Positions 47,651 to 58,690 of a stretch of DNA of 64,000 bases are shown here, one piece after another. A program made the position numbers and the translations under genes. The stretch comes from a virus: IMG/VR virus record IMGVR_UViG_3300031772_000001, positions 1 to 64,000 of that record; one strand, given 5' to 3'. Each line of letters starts with the position of its first letter. Within the stretch, counting starts at the first letter, position 1. The notes under the pieces are model-generated. The model was not told the DNA's origin. It searched no databases and saw only the letters and a program-made list of their open reading frames with translations.

Positions 47651-49326
47651 AACTACTACCTTTAATACTACGCTTTTTGGCACTTAACAATTAAGTTAAA
47701 AGCCTTAAAATTAAGCAGAATTTGACCCTCTAAAGAACTCGTGCTCCAGCAACTGCTCTCCTCCAGGCTGTGGCCCCCACCCCTCCAAAATCATAAAAAC
47801 TTCATCCAGCCGACACCCACCACCCTAAGTACACACTCGCTTCCGACTCAATCCAGCAAATCGCAGCTACAACAAGGCTTGGCTATTTAACAACAGACGT
47901 ACTTAACAATGTCGCATAATATACATTACGTAAACTTAACAGGGGATGCGTCTCTAACCCCATGATATATCTGGCTTAAATTGCTTCCGTTTGTCAACTT
48001 TTAGACTTTTCGTTAAGTTAAAATAACCCTAATTTCGCAATGTTTACTTAACGACTGTACATTGCGTGTTATTACTGCTATTTTACCGCAAACCAGAGTA
48101 AAACCACCCAAAACCGTCTGGAACTGGAACCTCACGGCTTCGCACAACACCGCAAGGGCGAAGCCTCAAAACCTGACCCCACCACCCTGACCCCACCACC
48201 CTGACCATGACCTCACATCCAAAACCATGTTAAATGCCGTTAAATAGACCTAGTTTTGGTTAACGCCAACACCAAACCGCTAGCTCTCTCAAAACAAACC
48301 CACTGCCCAAATTTCGCCAAAATCGCCATTTCCAAAAACCCTAAAAGAATTTCTGATGAAAAAGGGAACCGCCGTCGCTTTGAACCCTGTACTTGTTCAG
48401 AAAAAATAGTGCCCTAATTTCGCCAAAATCGCCAGTAGGTAAATTGTGCAGTACGATAATTTTAATGCTCCCATTTAACAGCACTTAACCGATAAACTCG
48501 ACCAAAAACCCCCACCCCGTCTTAACCACGCTCTGCATACCAAACTTTCTTAAAGATTCATCCAGACACACCTACCTGAGTCCACTGTGGCTCGCCTCCA
48601 CCATCAGGCTCCGCTCCTTTCAAATCTAAATAAACCTAAAATTTACGCCCGGAACTCACCCCCACTGCCACTTCCCCGTTCCCTCCACCATCAGGCATCA
48701 GGCTCCCGACCCCCTACCGCCTATATCGAATCTTAAAAAGAACACTGTCCAATCCCCCACCAAGGACCACTGGCTCGATAACAGTCTCGATCCCTCTGAC
48801 CTGTGCATACCCTATTCCGGCCTGCATCAAAGTCCATCTATCAAGCCGGGAAACCGTCACAACCGCTGTACAACCATCCAGAACCAGCATCAAAGCCATA
48901 AGGACCACCAGCCCTATTGACTTTCGCCTGTAGGAATAGAACCCTCTAACCCCACTCAAAGCACACTCCCTCTTATATCTATGATTTCTTCTTAATTCCG
49001 ACCTTGTTGACTTTTGCCTATAGGAATAGAAACCTTCACCACCTTTTGACCCTTACCAAACTTGACACGCGAGAACTCGTAAACCTACTTAACGTCTTTT
49101 TGAAAACTGGCATTGATTTTAACCAAGTTAAATCAAAAATTAACTAATATTAACTTGACAAACTCGAATGACAAATGATAAATAAACTCCAAGACCTGTG
49201 TACCAACACCAACTTCTCAAAATCCTGTCATAATCCTTGACATAATGACTTAACAACCCAAATCTCCGTCCTTACATCATGCTTACCAAATCAATTTTCA
49301 GTGCTACACCACAGACTTTTCAAATT
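47651..49326. other. Long, mostly non-coding region with dispersed repeats (candidate origin/packaging/regulatory locus)
   Basis: ACTTAAC x7 plus one reverse copy; several paired direct repeats; no convincing gene. Confidence 0.45.
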
Positions 49327-50043
49327 CTATAGCTTCCCTTGACCTTTCTCGAAATCCTCTACTCGCACACCCTTCTTGCTGGACCCCACCGACGAACCTG
49401 TCCTGGCCTTCTTTACCTGTCCAAGCATCTCTTTAACTGCCTTCAGACCTTCCTCGTCCAATGACCTCACCAGATTCACCAACTCATCACGTTCTGGGTC
49501 TATGATAATTTCCTTTGCCTCTACAGAGAATCTTCTTGCAAACTCCAAGAAGTCATTTACGGTATTTTTTAGTCTTGTATGATGTGTAAACAACTGAGCA
49601 TCACTTAATCCATCTATATTCCTGTCAATTAACAGCTTGTCCTCTACTCTGTGAAGCTGCCCAAGCAATCCATTCAGGTTTGTCATCCGCTGCATTATCA
49701 CATAGGCAATGTAATAACCCATCTTATTTGAAATATCAGCCATCATCTTAGCCAACTGACTCGGCGGCACCGTCTTCTCGCCCCGCATCCACTCGAAAAT
49801 CTCCTTCGGGATCACCGAATTCTTCGCAAGCTCCTCCGTTGGATTAGGCTGCAACTCAGGTTGCTGCCCCGCTGGCTTGAACTGCGTGTCTTCTGGGCTA
49901 ACTTTTTCAAAATTTCTATGTTCCTGCAAGCTACGACTTACCAAGTTCGATATGCCCTCAGATGCCTCTGTAAACCTCGGCTTCGGCACCACCGGCCTCC
50001 CTGCCCTCCCCAAGCTCGTTCTACGCGATGGAATCAATGACAT
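49327..50043 (-). CDS. Hypothetical helical protein
   Basis: AAGGA RBS before MSLIPSRR. Confidence 0.65.
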   Translation of the reverse strand: MSLIPSRRTSLGRAGRPVVPKPRFTEASEGISNLVSRSLQEHRNFEKVSPEDTQFKPAGQQPELQPNPTEELAKNSVIPKEIFEWMRGEKTVPPSQLAKMMADISNKMGYYIAYVIMQRMTNLNGLLGQLHRVEDKLLIDRNIDGLSDAQLFTHHTRLKNTVNDFLEFARRFSVEAKEIIIDPERDELVNLVRSLDEEGLKAVKEMLGQVKKARTGSSVGSSKKGVRVEDFEKGQGKL

Positions 50044-50205
50044 ACTACAATTTCCTTTTACAAAAAGAATATATTTCGCCTTTGTCAAACAGACTCTAAC
50101 TCATTATCAAATATCATGTATATTCTATTTACTTAACTCCGATCTCACACTACTACTTCCCAAAACCCCAACAACCTCTCATAAAAAGAGATACTACCAT
50201 TGCTA

Positions 50206-50796
50206 CTACTGCAATAATTCCGTAGGCAACACACTCTCTGTCGGTCCAATACTGTCGCCACATGTAAACAACTCCTTGAATTGGTTCATACACGTCCTGA
50301 CCTTATCCGTTATGATCCTCAATTTCTCTACTGACTTTTTATACTTTTTAGATGCAGCTTCATAAGCCTCATCTGTAAACTCATTCTCCTTTATGTAAAG
50401 ATATATCTTAGAAAACTTCTTTAACTTCAACAAGTACCGTATATCCGGCACCTTCATTGAACACCCATTAAACATCGACAGAAATAAGATGGTTTCCCTC
50501 CCAAACAATGAATACAACTTACAATAAAAATCATTCTTTGAAAATCCTGATAGCAAACTTACCATCACTATCAGGTCATTCTCTGTGAAGGATGAGGAAA
50601 AATTAAACAATGACTTGTTCTTGTTATGTAAATTATCCCCCTCACTACTATCCCCACTATTATCTACGTCTGCATCAGTTATCTCCGCAACTAATTGTTC
50701 TAATAACCGCTGACTTGATTGAGAACCAATCAACTCCGGTCTTACGCTCATGTCTACTACAGTGTCCGGTGTCAAGCTCGCTGTCGTGTCTGCCAT
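50206..50796 (-). CDS. Hypothetical protein, possible Mor-like transcription regulator
   Basis: FLSMFNGCSMKVP followed by a helical HTH-like tail. Confidence 0.35.
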   Translation of the reverse strand: MADTTASLTPDTVVDMSVRPELIGSQSSQRLLEQLVAEITDADVDNSGDSSEGDNLHNKNKSLFNFSSSFTENDLIVMVSLLSGFSKNDFYCKLYSLFGRETILFLSMFNGCSMKVPDIRYLLKLKKFSKIYLYIKENEFTDEAYEAASKKYKKSVEKLRIITDKVRTCMNQFKELFTCGDSIGPTESVLPTELLQ

Positions 50797-51388
50797 GACT
50801 AATCATCTCACTTTCATCTGGAAGAAATGACTGTATTCCACAAGTTGTAATTCCCATTTTATTAAATCTCTCAGATATTGTTTCATACCCCACTGTCAAG
50901 GCACTACGCGCAGCATGACCATCATCCCCTTGCTCATCATCATCCATCAAATAATCAAAGTCTTCGTCAGGAGTCAACTTCTCTCTCCTGAGTTTCCTTA
51001 GAAAATTCCCAATCTCGTTCCTTGCCGTCGAATAAACTATAATTACCAAATCAATATCTGGGTTTATCCAAGGTTCCTTCAGCTTTATAAACGCTTTACA
51101 ATACCCTAATGAGAAAACTTCCCTAATATCAAGATGTGGATTCCTTGGCAAAAAATGTCTTCTTATTACAAGGGAAACAACATCTGAAATCGTAGCCTCC
51201 AACAAATATTTATCGTACTTCTCACCCCTCACAAACAATGAAAGATTCTTATCTGATATTCTCTTCTCCCACCCCGGCCTCTTACTCTGTGCATACACCC
51301 CCGCTAATCCTGTTCGCATAACAAAACACTCCCGATTATCTGTGGTGTAACAACACTTGACAGAATACCAGTAGTCACCAGCAGACAA
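50675..51388 (-). CDS. Possible sigma-factor-like protein (region 2); start uncertain
   Basis: DIREVFSLGYCKAFIKL...IVYSTARNEIGNFLRK resembles sigma70 region 2. Confidence 0.4.
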   Translation of the reverse strand: MSAGDYWYSVKCCYTTDNRECFVMRTGLAGVYAQSKRPGWEKRISDKNLSLFVRGEKYDKYLLEATISDVVSLVIRRHFLPRNPHLDIREVFSLGYCKAFIKLKEPWINPDIDLVIIVYSTARNEIGNFLRKLRREKLTPDEDFDYLMDDDEQGDDGHAARSALTVGYETISERFNKMGITTCGIQSFLPDESEMISHGRHDSELDTGHCSRHERKTGVDWFSIKSAVIRTISCGDN

Positions 51389-51871
51389 TCAGGCAAAGAA
51401 TACCAAAAAAGGAATTAAAACCAACCAACTTGACAAACACAAAAAGTAGCAGATATACCAGCAGATTATACAAGCAAAAATTTACAAAAGAAAGTCAACG
51501 CGGCTCAAATAAAAACCCGAAGAATTATTATAAGTTAAGATAACCATTTTCTTAAAAGTCATTTTTAATTATTGACAAAACGCAACAATAACACGGTTTA
51601 TGGCACAAATTCCGGTTGTTAATCTTTGTTCTTCTTTGTTCTTCTTTGTTCTCTTCCATCCACACTTTTCCTTATTCTTCTCATCTTTAATTAACCTCTA
51701 TCCCACCTGTAAATATATGTAATCTCTCCCCAAATATCAAGTACCCAAAACCCGTGTACCAACATCAGATTTCTACATCCCTTACTATCACCTATCCTTT
51801 CCCCTTATCATAACCGTACTATCTTACCTTCTCTAATCCTATAGCCATATCCTCTCTCCCTATACGTACTC

Positions 51872-52699
51872 CTACCAGAATATCCATCTCTTCTTTTCTT
51901 TCTTTGTCTTTATCTTTGTTACTATTTCAGGTTTCTTCTTTGTTAAAGCATTAACATAGAAATCCTTCCTTAATTCCTGTAGGTATCTCTTTTCCATTCT
52001 ACTCAACTGCTCTTCCTCTGTACCCTCCTCTACTCCATTCATTACTCCATCTTCTCTGTTCCTCTCTCTACTCCCTTCCTTCTCCGTCTCTATTCTGCCT
52101 GAAAGAGAAGACTCGATTTCAGATCCATACACTTTCTCAAAATGTATAGGTATAACACCACTTTTTTGATACATTTTAGGGACAGGTTTTGAAGTCACCT
52201 GACTGGCTGAACCACTGGCTGAACCATCTACCTGACCCGCAACAGCCGCAGATGAAGATGAACCATACGGCATAACAAACATACCATTCTGATTCTTCCT
52301 TTGTAAACCCGAATCTGCCGAAAACTCGTATACCGCCTTATACACCTGAACTGTGTATCCACATAAATCCGATAACATCTTAACAAATACTGATATGCTT
52401 ATACTAGAATAAACCCTACACTTATGCGTGACATCATCAAATACCACCAAACCACCCTGAGTATTTTCATATACAATTATGGTAATAACCTGAGTTGACT
52501 CAACCATCTGACCACCATTAGGTATTTTTATAGTTGACAAATCAGAAATACTACCCCCAATATCCAGTTGTATCTTGTCAAGATCAAATAGCCCCCTTTG
52601 ACCACCTTGACCACCCTTTTCATCCTTTTCAACAACCTGTGTAATAGATACATCGTATAAAATAGGATGATCCGTTGATACAACTTGCAAAATATACAT
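51872..52699 (-). CDS. Hypothetical protein
   Basis: 275-aa ORF with RBS. Confidence 0.65.
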   Translation of the reverse strand: MYILQVVSTDHPILYDVSITQVVEKDEKGGQGGQRGLFDLDKIQLDIGGSISDLSTIKIPNGGQMVESTQVITIIVYENTQGGLVVFDDVTHKCRVYSSISISVFVKMLSDLCGYTVQVYKAVYEFSADSGLQRKNQNGMFVMPYGSSSSAAVAGQVDGSASGSASQVTSKPVPKMYQKSGVIPIHFEKVYGSEIESSLSGRIETEKEGSRERNREDGVMNGVEEGTEEEQLSRMEKRYLQELRKDFYVNALTKKKPEIVTKIKTKKEKKRWIFW

Positions 52700-52987
52700 T
52701 GCTAAAACTCCGTTTTGTCAATCAATAGTTTGCACCGCACCATGACCTTGAAAAAATACCCCAAAACCTGCCCACATATACCCCAAAACTACCCATTCTT
52801 AATACCAAAAATGAATTGATTTTCCAATTATGTAAGCCATACTCATAATACAAGAAAACCGCATGATATGTCTACAAACTTGAACCTAATTTGATCTAAA
52901 TTTGAACCAGATCCAACCAAACCCCAACCCCACATAACCCTCTAAAAGAAAATGCCCCGAATTAAATCAATAATCCAAAGGCATAAC

Positions 52988-54307
52988 TTAACTTTGCTTT
53001 TTGATTCCTGTTACTAACTCAGAATCTAAACGATCCGCCAACCTATTCTCATACTCCTCAATTATAAAATCAGCCAAAACACGAAAATCATCAGCCCTAT
53101 CTACAATACCAGCACGAAACTCCAACACAGCCTTATCTAATACAATCCGAGAAGCCGCACGTATACCCCTATCTATACCAGCACGATAAGAATTATTTAT
53201 CTTTTCATCCAAAGCATCAGTTGTAAGACCACATACAGCCGAAGAATTAGGTCTTTTGTCAACCTTAAAATACCCAGACCCCTCATCAGGACCACCCTGA
53301 CCCTTACTCTTAACAACCTCCCCAACCTGTTTTACAACGTCACACGTGTTAGGATGAGTAAACTCCCGTACCTTCGGAATAGCCCCTAATATCTTTGAAC
53401 TCTGCACCCGAACAGACTTATTACTTTGTGCCCCCTGAGAAACCATCTTAGCCGTCTCAATCACCTGACCAACCTTACTCCCATCCTTTGACCCACCCTT
53501 TGACTCACCCTTTGACTCACCTTTTGTCCTTACCTTTGACATCCGTTGAATCTCATCCTCAGTAGACTCACATACAGCCGCACAATCCTTCTCGTACTTC
53601 TCCTTCAATCGCTCCAACCGCTCCACAGCACTACCAACCGCCCTGTCAACCTTACCCTTATCAACCAACGGAACACTACCATCCTTGACTGATTGCTTGA
53701 CTGGCTGCTCCACCGGCATACCCGCTATCATCTTTGCCCTGACCCTTGCACGCTCCTCTACCTGCTCTGGAGTAAAACCCCGCCAACCATCACACACATG
53801 CTTTGCAGTAATACGCCTCTTACCACACATCTTAACCCCACAATTACTACAATCCTTTACATCCGAAAACATGTCCTGTGACATAACTCCACTCCCTTTG
53901 TTTTGTAAAGAAACATCACCAACCTTATCACCATTATTATCACCCTTATCAACACCATTTACTTTACTCTGCATAATACTCCTCTCGTGAATCCTAGGAA
54001 GCCCCATCACAACATGATAATCAATAGCCTTCTTCCTGCCAAGCATAACAACATCCTTTTTTATTTGCTTAGTTACATCAACATCATTTAGAACAAAAAC
54101 CTTTTTGACCTTACTTTCTATTACTCGATCTACTGCATTTACATTCTCCACTGCATTTACATTCTCCACTGCATTTACATTCTCCACTATCCACCTATCA
54201 CACACGCTATTGAAAACACGCCATCTCTTACCACACGAACTAACCCCACAATTACTACAGTGTCTACTCACAAATATTCTTTCATCCAACTTCTTTTCCT
54301 TTGGCAC
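52988..54307 (-). CDS. Low-complexity protein with a duplicated CSNCGVxxCGKR zinc motif and short tandem repeats
   Basis: VENVNA x3; KGES repeats. Confidence 0.65.
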   Translation of the reverse strand: MPKEKKLDERIFVSRHCSNCGVSSCGKRWRVFNSVCDRWIVENVNAVENVNAVENVNAVDRVIESKVKKVFVLNDVDVTKQIKKDVVMLGRKKAIDYHVVMGLPRIHERSIMQSKVNGVDKGDNNGDKVGDVSLQNKGSGVMSQDMFSDVKDCSNCGVKMCGKRRITAKHVCDGWRGFTPEQVEERARVRAKMIAGMPVEQPVKQSVKDGSVPLVDKGKVDRAVGSAVERLERLKEKYEKDCAAVCESTEDEIQRMSKVRTKGESKGESKGGSKDGSKVGQVIETAKMVSQGAQSNKSVRVQSSKILGAIPKVREFTHPNTCDVVKQVGEVVKSKGQGGPDEGSGYFKVDKRPNSSAVCGLTTDALDEKINNSYRAGIDRGIRAASRIVLDKAVLEFRAGIVDRADDFRVLADFIIEEYENRLADRLDSELVTGIKKQS

Positions 54308-54754
54308 AACATCATCCTTTTTACTTCTTATTCTTCTTAACCTTAATCTTAGACTTCACTGCCTTTCTTTTTGCCTTCTTGAAAATCCACTTACAGTAAT
54401 CAACATAATTCAAGTTACCACCCCAATATCCCGAATACTAGCAATGATAACCCCTCGCCTTGTGCCATCTCTTACACGTACCACAACATCTCTGTGTAGG
54501 CATCTTATTACTCATACGCTTATTTGCCCCCAAAACGAAAGAAGGGCTTTTCAGCCCTTCAAAATAACCATCAAAATCTTTTCCTCATCAATTCCCTCAT
54601 TCCTACAAGTAAAGCCATCAGCGGACCAAATAACACCAACAACATCACCGAAGATAAAACATGAAACCATGACCACGGATACTCAACATCCCAAACATCC
54701 CTCAAATACGCAATCACCAAAAGTAAACTTATTACAAAGTAAATCACCAATAGC

Positions 54755-55243
54755 CTATGATGCAACATCAAAAAATGTAGTATCATTCTCTGCTCCTTTT
54801 CTATCTCTCCGATCCTCCAACATCGAAAAATTCTGTGACTTCATTCTTTCAAAAAATGTCTGATCCTTTAGATGATCATACAAATACGGCATAAACACCT
54901 CTATAAACTCCGCTTGATCCAATTCAATCAAGCTCATCTGCACATCAATCCAATCCGATAAAAGCCGCCACGCCGTCCTCTCTGCTTGTGCGGCAATGCG
55001 ATCCAATGTACCCTCGTGCAGCTTCTTAATCTCCTTCTTCAGCCTTTCCTCCACCCTATCAATACGCGCAGGCAATCTAAATGACATATCACGATTATTT
55101 ACAAATATCACAAAAGCAACACCAACAAGTTTCCCCTTCTCTGCCATCTTCACAACAGTCTTCGCACCAGCAGCTATAAGCCGGTCCTCAATATGCTGCA
55201 CTGACTTACTTGCGGAAACCATCGAAGTGTAATTCTTTATCAT
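54755..55243 (-). CDS. Conserved phage hypothetical protein
   Basis: MIKNYTS...FRLPA...QAERTAWRLLSDW. Confidence 0.7.
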   Translation of the reverse strand: MIKNYTSMVSASKSVQHIEDRLIAAGAKTVVKMAEKGKLVGVAFVIFVNNRDMSFRLPARIDRVEERLKKEIKKLHEGTLDRIAAQAERTAWRLLSDWIDVQMSLIELDQAEFIEVFMPYLYDHLKDQTFFERMKSQNFSMLEDRRDRKGAENDTTFFDVAS

Positions 55244-57230
55244 CAAGAACCCTTTGTAATAAGCAACCTTTTCTTTACCCAAGAAGATACTTCTTTTTCT
55301 TTTGCTTCTGCATTACTCGCATCTATAACAGTCTGCTTCTCCCACCACTCATCAACCTCCTTCGGCACAACAATACCTGCCGCTTCTGCTTCATGCAAAA
55401 CATCAAGTATCTCACGAGGAGGAAGAATATCACAAAGCATTTTCTTTTAAGCTCCAATCCCATTACCAACAGAAGTCAAAACATCAATAGCCCTCTTAAC
55501 TTCCTCTTGTTGCTTTAACACTTCATTAAAATCATCTATATCTCGAACAGAATCATACCTTTTCATAATAAACTCCAACTCGTCATACCTATTCTGAAGG
55601 TATCTAATAGTATGTGGGAATTTCTTGTAATTCATATTTTCCTCTACAACTCCCAAATAAACATGTCCGTACCAAATCGCCTTCCTAAAGTCCCCAAATA
55701 AATTGCTTTTTGAACAGGAGTAACTACGTCCGGGTGAGAATCACTAACACTAAACAAATCAAAGGATGGGTGACTATCTGTAGACTGATTTTCCTTGATA
55801 GCATACTCTGTAGCAACTGCCTTTGAACCTACAGTGTAGATACTGCCAGTAACATTATTCCGAACAAGATACAACATACAAATCCTCCTTTATATTGCCA
55901 GCCAATTACTAATCTCCGTAACAACTGCACTTATCTCCCGAACATCAGCATCATCTACCCTATCCAAAAAATAAAAAGCCTCACAAATAGTCTGCCTCAA
56001 CTCAGCAACCGTAAGCTCTGAAACCTTCTTCTCAACACCATCAAAAACACCAGCAATTACTTCAGTTGGCTTATACCTCAAAGGTATAATAATTCTCTTT
56101 TTGATATTTTTCATAGTTAATCCCTCTTCCTTCTCAGAATCTTCTTGACCTCTTCAATCTCCTGCTTGTTAGGACTCCTATACTGATCATCCAACACCCA
56201 CGCATTCCCATTCTCAAGATCAAAACATCAACCATCCAGCACCACAACACCAATCACACTCGTAGGGAACCTTACACCCACAAGCAACAGTACATGCCTT
56301 ACTCGGCCCCACCGTATGCGCCGCACCATAATCCCGCTCACCCCAAAGTAAACTTGCCTGCTGCATCACAAACCCATAGCCCAACCTCTCACAAATCTGT
56401 TTTACCTGTGCAGTATGCAGCTTATTCATCCCGTCAATCCGACGCTGCAACGCCTCACTCGCCTTTATTTCTTTTTCACTTCTCATATTGTAGGCTCCAC
56501 AACAGGGACAATAATTGTAGCTTCACTTACAGCAATGCTAAGACCTTCAACAACAGGCTCAATAACTGGCTCGATAACTGGCTTAACCTCAGCAAGAACT
56601 TCCGGGGCAACTTCTTTTACAGTTTCCTCAACCACAACAGGAGGTGGAGGGTACATCTCATCCCAATTTGACGGCTTCACACCAACAACCTCAATGTCCT
56701 TCTCCTTGTAACCGTTCTTCTTCAGCCACTCCAACGCACGCTCCGATACATCAACAATGGTAGGAAAATCCTTACCACGATGAATCTGTGACACATGCGC
56801 GTAACCCCACGGAGTAGTCAACGTAACCGTTGTGGTCTTAGGCGGCAGCTTCTCTTCCTTCTTAGCCATTATTTATCTCCCTGTTCCTATTACAACGTGA
56901 TACAATCCCCACAGAACTGTCAACACAAAAGCCAAAAAATACGAGTCATCCTTACAAACCATAGACTGAATGCCTGTGATGATCCATGACAGGATCACCA
57001 CAGACAAACCAGGATGATTTAACATCGCCCTAACAACATCAAACACCTCACTCATCCTTTTTCTTTTCAAAAACAGGAATACCCTGACAACTCATCTCGT
57101 GCTGCACTCCCTCATGCACCACATGCACCGGCCTACGCTCACCATCAGGAAATTTCAAAAAAGAAACATCCTCCTCCGGGGTGCAATCCCGTTTGCAAAA
57201 ACCACAAATTACTTCTTGCTTGGACATCAA
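55243..57230 (-). other. Run of ~8 small hypothetical genes
   Basis: Abutting or overlapping ORFs: 55243-55440, 55447-55656, 55644-55877, 55890-56114, 56220-56486, 56483-56869, 56873-57070, 57048-57230. Confidence 0.55.
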
Positions 57231-57242
57231 AACCCCCTGTTA

Positions 57243-57878
57243 AATCACCATTACCATACCTGAAATCACCATACAACACCAATACTGGACTCCACATCAC
57301 ATAATTCTACTGCACATCACCACACCTTTACGTCACATGACATCACCCGACCGCACGTTACTATACCATCACCTAACTGGACAAAACCGCACGCCACTCC
57401 ACCGCACCGTCACATGACCACACCGAACGCCACTACACCATACCATAACTATACGATACCGCATAACAACTGCACCCCACCAACACTGAAATCCACTGCA
57501 ATCTACTGTACCAATACCTAACGTCACGCAAAGACACCTTATCTTCACCCAACCTGACAGTAGATAACTCCACGGAACGACACCAAACCAATACTGAACA
57601 TCACTCCAACAGACCGGACCCCACCCAACACAACTCAACCGTTACCGTACTCGACGTAACCCCACAAAACTCTACCATCACCAAATTGTACACAATCTCA
57701 CCGAACTCCACCGTCACATCATTGTACAGTAGATAACTCAACCATCACAATATCGTAACGAAACTCGATGTCACTTAACCCAACTTCACCATAACAGCAC
57801 GGAACGATACTGCACCCCACCGCACCAAACCATACCCTAACAGCACGGTATCACACCCCACGACACCCGACCATTACA
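57243..57878 (-). ncRNA. Pentamer-periodic (NNN-GT)n non-coding array, putative guide-RNA array
   Basis: Minus strand reads e.g. GGT ATGGT TTGGT GCGGT GGGGT GCAGT ATCGT TCCGT GCTGT TATGGT GAAGT...; starts right after the RAMP gene stop. Confidence 0.8.
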
Positions 57879-58583
57879 TTAAACTACTTTTGTCAAGGTG
57901 TAGTCATACCTTCCGTACATGCCTGAGTTACGCCACTGACCAATACCCATATACCGGGAAGAGTAATCCAGCAACGTCCTCAGCAACTCCTCGGTCAGTG
58001 TGAACCTTGGTGTCTCCAAGCACTGAATCTGACAATCAAAATGAGCACCCTCCTCAATCATCTCACTCCGCAACAGAAACACACGCGGCCCATCCTTACC
58101 TATCACACGTACTCCACGCTCCAGAAACCCAATCGGCTTATCTGTAATGAGGGGAATCCTTCTGGGATTGACATTAACTGTCCGTGTCACGTTGGCAAGA
58201 AAAGCAGTTACTTTCTCACCAACCTCAACAACATCATCACCATCACTATCATCACCCTTTTTCTTCTTCTTAGTCACCATCTTACCCGTTGCCAAACCAT
58301 TCAACGTAGACGCGGAATCCTTCAGGGCACCCTTCACAACATACGTATAGAGAAGAGGGTTCCCGTCTGCATCCCGATGAAAGCACGTAGTGCCCTTCTT
58401 CACCTCATCCGGCAACGAATCAATTTCTTCTTGAACCTGCTGCGGAGTAAGGTGTGGGTTCTCTTCCAAAATCTTCTTTATCAGATAGTCAAGGGCAATG
58501 GAATCATTGCCAGGCTGACTACCAAGAACCTGAGAATTGAACACCACACTCAAATCGTACACAGACTCTTTCAACAAAGACAT
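57879..58583 (-). CDS. Stand-alone Cas7-like RAMP-fold protein
   Basis: N-terminal strand LSVVFNSQVLGS; PLLYTYVVKGALKD (RAMP PxxxxxxxKGxxR-like); C-terminal Gly-rich loop GIGQWRNSGMYGRY. Confidence 0.75.
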   Translation of the reverse strand: MSLLKESVYDLSVVFNSQVLGSQPGNDSIALDYLIKKILEENPHLTPQQVQEEIDSLPDEVKKGTTCFHRDADGNPLLYTYVVKGALKDSASTLNGLATGKMVTKKKKKGDDSDGDDVVEVGEKVTAFLANVTRTVNVNPRRIPLITDKPIGFLERGVRVIGKDGPRVFLLRSEMIEEGAHFDCQIQCLETPRFTLTEELLRTLLDYSSRYMGIGQWRNSGMYGRYDYTLTKVV

Positions 58584-58690
58584 ACACCCATCCTTTGATT
58601 AAAGTTAAAATAACACCCATCCAATTCAGACATCCTTATAGTATACGTTATCCTCACCAAAAAACATCAGCTTGTCTTACTGCTATTAAT

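Noticed and set aside
48714-48959. 81-aa hydrophobic ORF in the non-coding region
   Set aside because: Isolated, TTG start, overlaps a DNA repeat; it could be a small lipoprotein but support is insufficient.
57369-57638. 89-aa ORF rich in V/W/C/G
   Set aside because: Its composition is a by-product of the GT periodicity; a 5-nt phase is incompatible with codon structure and there is no RBS.
57243-57878. Canonical CRISPR array next to the Cas7-like gene
   Set aside because: There are no identical 25-45-bp direct repeats with spacers; conservation is limited to a GT every 5 nt.
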